From positions 3,367 to 67,366 of the forward strand of contig JAEEKX010000041.1 of NCBI GenBank assembly GCA_016288655.1: a stretch of 64,000 bases of DNA, given 5' to 3'. The notes under the pieces are model-generated. The model was not told where the DNA came from. It ran no database searches and was given only the letters and a program-made list of their open reading frames with translations. The position numbers were made by a program, and so were the translations under genes. The DNA comes from Bacteroidales bacterium (GTDB lineage: Bacteria > Bacteroidota > Bacteroidia > Bacteroidales > WCHB1-69). The first letter of the stretch is position 1. Each line of letters opens with the position of its first letter. Shown one piece after another: positions 58,068 to 64,000 of the stretch.

Positions 58068-60112
58068 GACGGCTGATGGCAGGTTGGGTGCTGGCGCTGA
58101 CGGTGCTGGCGGCTTGGGGACAGGCGACTTCGGTGGTCTTCACCGGTCAGTCGCTGATGCCCTATTATGGCCAGACCGTCTGCTTCAACCAAACCCTCCA
58201 TGTCATCGACCGCGCTTCGTATTCCTCCGGTGATTACCTATATTTATCTTATGAGCGCATTCGGATGCCGGAAGATGTGGCGGCACCGGGCACGTTGGTT
58301 TACGACTCGCTCGTGGCAAGTAATGCGAGCGCCTGTATTACAGCGCGTTGCACTAACTGCGACATCTCCATGGTCCGACTGGGCGCCACCATCACCCATC
58401 TGACGGCGGTAGTGACGGGCGACCACAGCATCCGGATCGACGGACCGCTGACGCTGGCACACAACGAACGGCCGACGACGCGCCCCGACGTGGGCGACGC
58501 CCGCCTCGTGGTCTGCGGCGCCAACTTGGAGTACTATTGTCCCATTTGGGAGGACACTTATGGAGCCGCCAGCGATGAGGAGTTCGCCCTGCAGCACTTG
58601 AAGACCGTGAAGGCGCTGCTCAACATCGACGCCGACATATACGCGCTGGCGGAGTTGCAACAAGGGGCAACGGCCCTTGACACGCTTGTCGCCGCGTTGA
58701 ACGCCGCCACCGCGCCCGGTCGCTACGCCCACGTGGATGACTGCGACTCCGTCGATAACACATACATCAAAGTCGGCTTCCTCTATCGCACCGACAAGGT
58801 GCGGCCGGTGTTGCATCTCGGGCATCCCACGATGCCCAGCGCCAACATCTCCGTAACCCAGTACGGTGACTACCGCCGCATGGAGTTGCAGTGCTTCGAG
58901 GAAATAGCCACAGGTGAGCGTTTCGTGTTGAGTATGAATCACTTCAAGTCGAAGTCGGGGGGCGACAGCACCAACAACTACTACAATGCGCAACGGGTGG
59001 AAGAAGCCGAGAATCTGATCGCTTTCCTCCATACCGAGTTGAGCAACGACTATTACGGTGACGAGGATATCCTCATTTTGGGAGACCTTAACTGCGGCAC
59101 AATGGAAGAACCCATTGCCGTATTGGAGGATGCCGGTTTCGAGAATCAGTTAATGCGTTTCTCTCCAGAAGGTTACAGTTACAGTTTCAGTCGGCAGGTG
59201 GAGTATCTCGACCATGCGTTGGCCTCCGAGTCGATGGCGGCGCAGGTCACTGGGGCCGCCCCCTACCATGTGAATGCCGACGAAAGTTACCTGCTGCACT
59301 ACAACTACAGCGATGACACCACGCTTTTCCGCTATTCCGACCATGATCCCATCATCATCGGGTTGAATTTGAATTCGACGACGGAGGGTGGCTGTCGCAG
59401 TCTGCGGTATGAGGAGAGTTTCCTGACCTCCTTCGGCTGCTTCGAGCCGGTCAACCAATTGGGAGGCAGCACGTGGTATGGATATACCAACTATGAGTGC
59501 GCCGCCATCAGTGGATACAGTACGGGCGCCAACGTCGATTGGCTGGTGAGTCCCACTTTCGACCTCTCTGGCAAGCGCGATGCCACATTGAGTTTTACGC
59601 ATACCATCGGCTATGCTACGCCCGCCACCTGGCCGCAGACGTGCAAGGTGATGGCTTCCAGCGACTTCGATGGTGATGTGAATGCGGCGACGTGGATGCA
59701 GTTGCCCATTTCCCACTTTCCTTCGTACAACTGGGAGTGGCAGCAAAACGACATCATATTGCCTGCCGACATGCAAGGTGCGCCAGCGGTGACGTTGGCT
59801 TTTCTTTACGAGGTGGGCGAAAACGACATTCCGATGTGGGAGATTAAGGATGTGTCATTCAGGGCTTTGTGTGAGGAAGATGACGATGGGGTAGGGGAGA
59901 CGGAGCGACCGATGACGCAGGTGTGGGGCGGCGACGGTGTCGTCCGGATCTCCAATGCTGAACCCATCGACGTGGAGGTCTATGACCTTGCCGGCCGTTG
60001 TGTCGGCTGCTGTACGTCCGTGACCGAGGCATCGGTCCCTGTATCTTGTGCCGGTATTTATCTGGTGCGTTGTGGTTCCGAAATGCACAAAATCTTTGTT
60101 TGTCGAAAATAA
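58064..60112 (+). CDS. ExeM/NucH-like extracellular endonuclease (EEP fold) with choice-of-anchor-J-like and T9SS C-terminal sorting domains
   Basis: Signal peptide. EEP blocks LVVCGANLEYY, DADIYALAELQ, ILILGDLNC, YSDHDPIIIGL. DWLVSPTFDLSG block. C-terminal VEVYDLAGRCV...AGIYLVRC CTD. ATGA overlap with the clpC stop. Confidence 0.75.
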   Translation: MRRLMAGWVLALTVLAAWGQATSVVFTGQSLMPYYGQTVCFNQTLHVIDRASYSSGDYLYLSYERIRMPEDVAAPGTLVYDSLVASNASACITARCTNCDISMVRLGATITHLTAVVTGDHSIRIDGPLTLAHNERPTTRPDVGDARLVVCGANLEYYCPIWEDTYGAASDEEFALQHLKTVKALLNIDADIYALAELQQGATALDTLVAALNAATAPGRYAHVDDCDSVDNTYIKVGFLYRTDKVRPVLHLGHPTMPSANISVTQYGDYRRMELQCFEEIATGERFVLSMNHFKSKSGGDSTNNYYNAQRVEEAENLIAFLHTELSNDYYGDEDILILGDLNCGTMEEPIAVLEDAGFENQLMRFSPEGYSYSFSRQVEYLDHALASESMAAQVTGAAPYHVNADESYLLHYNYSDDTTLFRYSDHDPIIIGLNLNSTTEGGCRSLRYEESFLTSFGCFEPVNQLGGSTWYGYTNYECAAISGYSTGANVDWLVSPTFDLSGKRDATLSFTHTIGYATPATWPQTCKVMASSDFDGDVNAATWMQLPISHFPSYNWEWQQNDIILPADMQGAPAVTLAFLYEVGENDIPMWEIKDVSFRALCEEDDDGVGETERPMTQVWGGDGVVRISNAEPIDVEVYDLAGRCVGCCTSVTEASVPVSCAGIYLVRCGSEMHKIFVCRK

Positions 60113-60153
60113 TCACCTCATATTTTAACACTTTTTAACCCAAATAATCAGTT

Positions 60154-60396
60154 ATGAATAGAGAAGAAATCATCCGCGTGGTCAACGAGTTCTTGGTTGA
60201 CGAGTTGGAAATTGACGCTGCGTTGTTGAAGGACGACGCCCGTCTGAAAGAGGATTTGAAAATCGACAGTTTGGACTTTGTCGATATCGCGGTCATCGTG
60301 GAGCGCCAGTTCAAGATCAAGATCAAGCCGGAGGAGATGAAGACGGTGAAGACGCTGGCGCAATTTTACGACTACGTGGAGGGCAAGTTGCAGTAA
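60154..60396 (+). CDS. acyl carrier protein (secondary, non-housekeeping type)
   Basis: 80 aa. LKIDSLDFVDI contains the phosphopantetheine-attachment DSLD serine motif. Confidence 0.85.
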   Translation: MNREEIIRVVNEFLVDELEIDAALLKDDARLKEDLKIDSLDFVDIAVIVERQFKIKIKPEEMKTVKTLAQFYDYVEGKLQ

Positions 60397-61292
60397 TGGT
60401 GGAAGATACGCGGCAGCGGCAGTGGAGCGGGAAGACGGGCGGCGGCAATTTCGGCCAACGCTTCCTCTTCTGGTTCCTGAAGCGGGTGCGGGTGAAGTTC
60501 CTTTACCCCGTGCTCTATCTTGTCGTGCCCTTCTATTGCATTGTCAACCACAAGGCATTCGGATGCATCTATCGTTATTTCAAGGAGATACATCATTTTT
60601 CGGGATGGAAGTCCTTTGTGTCAACCGTACGCAACCATCTCATCTTCGGACACGTCGTTTTGGACCGTTTCGCCATCATGGCGGGTAACGAGAAGCAGTT
60701 TGACGTCGATATTCCCGACGCGCACGTCTTCAACGACATGCTCTCCCTGCCTCATGGTTTCATCGTGGCGGGTGCCCATATCGGGAATTTCGAGGCGGTG
60801 GGGCATTTCTTCAACCAGGATATGAAGAAAATCAATATCTTGGTTTTCGATGGAGAAAATCCTGATTTTCAGGCACGTAGGCAGGCGTCTTTCTTGGCTC
60901 ACAATGTCAATATGATTCCCGTGAAGGCGGACATGTCGCACATCTTTGCCGTTAAGGAGGCCCTGGACCATGGGGAGATTGTGGCCATCGTGTGCGATCG
61001 CATGTTTGGAAGCACCAAGGCCGTGGAGGTGGAGTTCATCGGGCGGCAGGCGAAGTTCCCGTTAGGGGCTTTCTTGCTGGCGGCGCAGTGGGAGGTGCCG
61101 GTGGTGGCGTTGTCGGTGGTGCGGGAACGCGGCTCGCGTTATCGTGGGTTCGTGAGTCAGTTGCCGGCCCCACCGCAGGGGAACATCCGCAGCCGCAGCC
61201 AGTTCTTCGCGCGCGAGTACGCCGCCTTCCTCGAAGACGTCCTCCGCCAGTATCCCGAACAGTGGTTTAACTTCTACGACTTTTGGGAGTGA
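60396..61292 (+). CDS. LpxL/HtrB-family (lysophospholipid/lipid A-type) acyltransferase
   Basis: AHIGNFE (HxGNxE catalytic motif), N-terminal WSGKTGGGNFGQRFLFWFL, C-terminal YPEQWFNFYDFW. TAATG 1-nt overlap with the ACP stop. Confidence 0.75.
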   Translation: MVEDTRQRQWSGKTGGGNFGQRFLFWFLKRVRVKFLYPVLYLVVPFYCIVNHKAFGCIYRYFKEIHHFSGWKSFVSTVRNHLIFGHVVLDRFAIMAGNEKQFDVDIPDAHVFNDMLSLPHGFIVAGAHIGNFEAVGHFFNQDMKKINILVFDGENPDFQARRQASFLAHNVNMIPVKADMSHIFAVKEALDHGEIVAIVCDRMFGSTKAVEVEFIGRQAKFPLGAFLLAAQWEVPVVALSVVRERGSRYRGFVSQLPAPPQGNIRSRSQFFAREYAAFLEDVLRQYPEQWFNFYDFWE

Positions 61293-61353
61293 CAGAGCAT
61301 CAGTGAGTTTGCGTTTTTTTCGCTTTGCCGTTGAGAAATCCATAGATTTCATG

Positions 61354-61361
61354 TATTTTTG
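61354..61361 (+). promoter_or_regulatory. candidate -7 box TATTTTTG for lgt
   Basis: TAnnTTTG 31 nt upstream of the lgt ATG. Confidence 0.45.
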
Positions 61362-61391
61362 CAATCCTTTTTTTGACCTAAAAATGATACG

Positions 61392-62321
61392 ATGAATACA
61401 ATATTAGGATATATAACCTGGAAGGTCAGCCCGGTGGCTTTCTCCATCGGCAGTCTGCAGGTGCGTTGGTACGGCATCCTGCTGGCCGTCGGTTTCGTGC
61501 TGGCTTACTTCACTTTACAGAAGATTTTCAAGAAGGAGAACATCTCGCAGAAGACCCTGGACCGCTTCTCCATCTGGACCATCGTTTGGTGTGTTGTCGG
61601 ATTGCGGCTCTGTCATTGCCTCATTTACGATGGCGATTACTATCTGACATCCGAGCATTGGAAGGAGATATTCCTGCCCATTGATGAGACGGGCAAGTTC
61701 GTGGGCTATGCCGGGCTGGCCAGTCATGGCGGCGCGGCGGCTATGTTGCTGTGGACCATCTACTTCTGCTACACCCGGAAGATGAACTTCTTCTGGCTGC
61801 TCGACCGTCTCTGCATCGCCATCCCGATTGCGGCGGCCTTTGTGCGTTGTGGCAACCTGATGAACCACGAGATTGTGGGCAGTGTCACCGACGTGGCTTG
61901 GGCCTTCGACTTCACCCACTGTTCCGATGACTTTGTGTGGATCGGTGGGCAGGTACAGCATGCGACCACGCCGAGGCATCCCGCCCAACTCTATGAGGCG
62001 CTGGTCTATCTTACTCTGTTCCTCGGTCTGGTAGTGTACTATTTCAAGTTCGCCAAAGGGAAAATCGCACCCGGGCGCACTTCCGGTATCATGGTCACCA
62101 CAATCTTTGTTGCCCGTTTCCTCATCGAATTTGTCAAGGAAAATCAGGTCGCTAAAGAAAGCGGACTTTCCCTCAACTTCGGACAGCAACTTAGTATCCC
62201 TTTCATTATCATAGGAATAGGGCTGATCATATACTCCATTATCAAACGAAAGGATTGTCCGCAATATGTGGAGTCTATCCCGCAGCAACCTGCTGACAAT
62301 CAGAAAAAAGCAAATTCATAA
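61392..62321 (+). CDS. lgt: prolipoprotein diacylglyceryl transferase
   Basis: VRWYGILLAVGFVLAY, GGAAAM, and RHPAQLYEAL blocks typical of Lgt, 309 aa. Confidence 0.9.
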   Translation: MNTILGYITWKVSPVAFSIGSLQVRWYGILLAVGFVLAYFTLQKIFKKENISQKTLDRFSIWTIVWCVVGLRLCHCLIYDGDYYLTSEHWKEIFLPIDETGKFVGYAGLASHGGAAAMLLWTIYFCYTRKMNFFWLLDRLCIAIPIAAAFVRCGNLMNHEIVGSVTDVAWAFDFTHCSDDFVWIGGQVQHATTPRHPAQLYEALVYLTLFLGLVVYYFKFAKGKIAPGRTSGIMVTTIFVARFLIEFVKENQVAKESGLSLNFGQQLSIPFIIIGIGLIIYSIIKRKDCPQYVESIPQQPADNQKKANS

Positions 62322-62323
62322 CC

Positions 62324-62869
62324 ATGGAAGAAAAAGATTTTCGCGTCGGCACCCGCATCGAGCACGAGAAATACGGCGAGGGCATCATCAGTCAGAACAA
62401 CAACCTGACTATCAAGGTGTTGTTCGTCCGCGGTGGTGGGGAGATAGAGTTCTCCAAGGCCAATGTGCAGTTCGACGTACTGGAAGCCAGCGAGTTGCCG
62501 GATGACGGCCGTCCACGGCTCGATGTCCGGGAGTTCGAGCGCATGCTCACGATTGTGCTCGACAAGTACAACGGCCTGCAGCATACCGCCGAGTTGGGCA
62601 AGAAGTGGGAAGGTGGCACCATGCTGCTCCAACCCGCCAACAGCGAGTTGAAACCCAAGGAGATCCCCATCGAGACCTTCTTTCATAAGATCGTGATGAT
62701 GCGCGACCGCCTGCGCGTGCTCGAACAGAACATCAACAGCAGTCCCAGTCTCAGCGATGAAGAGAAGGTGAACCTCCAACAGTACATCACCCGGATTTAT
62801 GGCTCCATGACCTCATTCAATATCCTTTTTGACGACAAAAACGACTATTTTGTAGGAAGTAAGCTCTAG
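62324..62869 (+). CDS. hypothetical cytoplasmic protein, 181 aa
   Basis: Starts 3 nt after the lgt stop, with good codon bias. The N-terminal FRVGTRIEHEKYGEGII resembles the small beta-barrel (Tudor/SH3-like) tails seen on UvrD/PcrA-type helicases. The rest is unassigned. Confidence 0.55.
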   Translation: MEEKDFRVGTRIEHEKYGEGIISQNNNLTIKVLFVRGGGEIEFSKANVQFDVLEASELPDDGRPRLDVREFERMLTIVLDKYNGLQHTAELGKKWEGGTMLLQPANSELKPKEIPIETFFHKIVMMRDRLRVLEQNINSSPSLSDEEKVNLQQYITRIYGSMTSFNILFDDKNDYFVGSKL

Positions 62870-62929
62870 TTTTTATACTTTTTTAACCTTAATCCATCTT
62901 TTCAACCTATAATTTCAAAAACAACCAAA

Positions 62930-63415
62930 ATGATTCAGAGAATCCAATCACTACTTCTTTTAGTGGCCGCCGGCGTGGCCATCGCCATCAACTTCATCCC
63001 GATCGGGGAGTTAGTTCAGAATGGTGTCGCTCAATATCAATATGATGCCTTTACTTTGAAAAAATACCAAGATGGAGAATTGGCCGGTTCGGTGATGAAC
63101 ACCACCTACGTGGCGGTTCTGTGGTTCGCCTCGGCCTTGATGTCGTTGGTAACCATATTCTTATATAAGAACAGAGTGCGCCAGATGAGGTTCAACCGCA
63201 TCAACATGCTCATTATGCTGGTGGCCTTGGCTGTTATGCTGTTCGTCTATCCCGACTTGGTCTTCGCCAAGCAGTCGTGGTATGGGGCGGGCATGGACAT
63301 CTCCTTCAACAATTGGATCATGGTGTCGTTCCTGGCTGCCGTCGCGCTTTTCTTTGCCACCCGGGCCATCGCCAGCGACGAAAAGAAGGTGCGTGCGGCC
63401 GACCGTTTGAGATAA
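62930..63415 (+). CDS. DUF4293 domain-containing membrane protein
   Basis: MIQRIQSLLLLVAAG N-terminus and four TM helices, as in DUF4293 proteins that commonly sit next to cdaA in Bacteroidota. Confidence 0.65.
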   Translation: MIQRIQSLLLLVAAGVAIAINFIPIGELVQNGVAQYQYDAFTLKKYQDGELAGSVMNTTYVAVLWFASALMSLVTIFLYKNRVRQMRFNRINMLIMLVALAVMLFVYPDLVFAKQSWYGAGMDISFNNWIMVSFLAAVALFFATRAIASDEKKVRAADRLR

Positions 63416-63425
63416 ATGAGAAACA

Positions 63426-64000
63426 ATGCCTGACTTCATCACTTTCGGAATTGCGGATGTAGTTGATATCCTGTTGCTTGCCATCATCTTGTACTACATG
63501 TACAAGTTGTTGCGGGGAACGGCGGCGGTGCGTATTTTCTGGGTCATCGTTGCTCTCTTCGTGCTTTGGAAGTTGCTGAGTGCCTTGCACATCAACGTGG
63601 TGAGTGCCATCATCGGGCAGATCATCAGCGTGGGTGTGATCGCGCTGATTGTCGTGTTCCAGCCGGAGATCCGCAAGTTCCTGCTGATGTTGAGCCACAC
63701 GCGTATCATCAAGGCCCTGAGGTTCCATAAGAAGGAGGATGAACTATACAAACCCGACATCAACGCCGTGGTGCGTGCCTGCCGCCGCATGTCGGACTCC
63801 AAGACCGGCGCTTTGATTGTCTTTGAAAAGGATACGCCGCTGGACGAGTGCATCAACACGGGTGAGCGGTTGGATGCCATCGTATCGCGCGAGTTGATTG
63901 AGAACATCTTTTTCAAAAACAGTCCGTTGCACGACGGGGCGCTGATCATCCGCCACCATCGCATCTGCGCTGCGCGTTGCATCCTGCCCGTCTCCGATCG
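63426..64000 (+). CDS. cdaA: diadenylate cyclase CdaA (3'-truncated by the window edge)
   Basis: My own translation gives MPDFITFGIADVVDILLLAIILYY.. with three TM helices, FQPEIRKFL, GALIVFE, LHDGALII and LPVSD DAC-domain motifs. It is absent from the ORF track because no stop lies in the window. Confidence 0.85.
   Translation, partial: MPDFITFGIADVVDILLLAIILYYMYKLLRGTAAVRIFWVIVALFVLWKLLSALHINVVSAIIGQIISVGVIALIVVFQPEIRKFLLMLSHTRIIKALRFHKKEDELYKPDINAVVRACRRMSDSKTGALIVFEKDTPLDECINTGERLDAIVSRELIENIFFKNSPLHDGALIIRHHRICAARCILPVSD

Overview
This window looks like a mostly housekeeping chromosomal segment from a relatively GC-rich member of the Bacteroidota, probably Bacteroidales. I cannot assign a genus without a search. 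Three things in the sequence support that placement. First, TAnnTTTG (-7 type) promoter boxes recur 20-85 nt upstream of gene starts on both strands. Second, two large secreted proteins end in T9SS C-terminal sorting domains. Third, many Bacteroidota-typical DUF families are present (DUF58, DUF1599, DUF5106, DUF4301, DUF4293, DUF5686, BT_3928-like DoxX).

I support about 50 CDS, one tRNA-Leu(UAG) and a small SRP (4.5S) RNA. The CDS include argS, valS, leuS, typA, rsgA, tsaC, panCD, gpmA, pgi, iorAB, clpC, lgt, mltG, ogt, radC and a truncated cdaA at the 3' edge. I found no transposase, integrase, CRISPR array, restriction-modification system or recognisable defence island, so I do not claim a clear novel system.

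The items most worth a second look are:
- an archaeal-type GatE-like protein whose stop overlaps the start of a stand-alone RfaE/HldE-like kinase (24-2976);
- an AT-rich region with a long leader, followed by a Cys-rich secreted protein and a large exported protein with a C-terminal CxxC thioredoxin-like domain (4060-6693);
- a non-coding, GC-rich, palindrome-dense island upstream of panC, with a (TATAACC)n heptamer repeat family nearby (8515-8570, 10809-11430);
- a same-strand run of thioredoxin-fold or redox-looking envelope genes that includes tandem DUF5106 paralogs (24167-30339);
- a secondary ACP plus LpxL-like acyltransferase pair wedged between a T9SS nuclease and lgt (60154-62321).

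The many very long ORFs antisense to real genes are codon-bias artefacts and are rejected.
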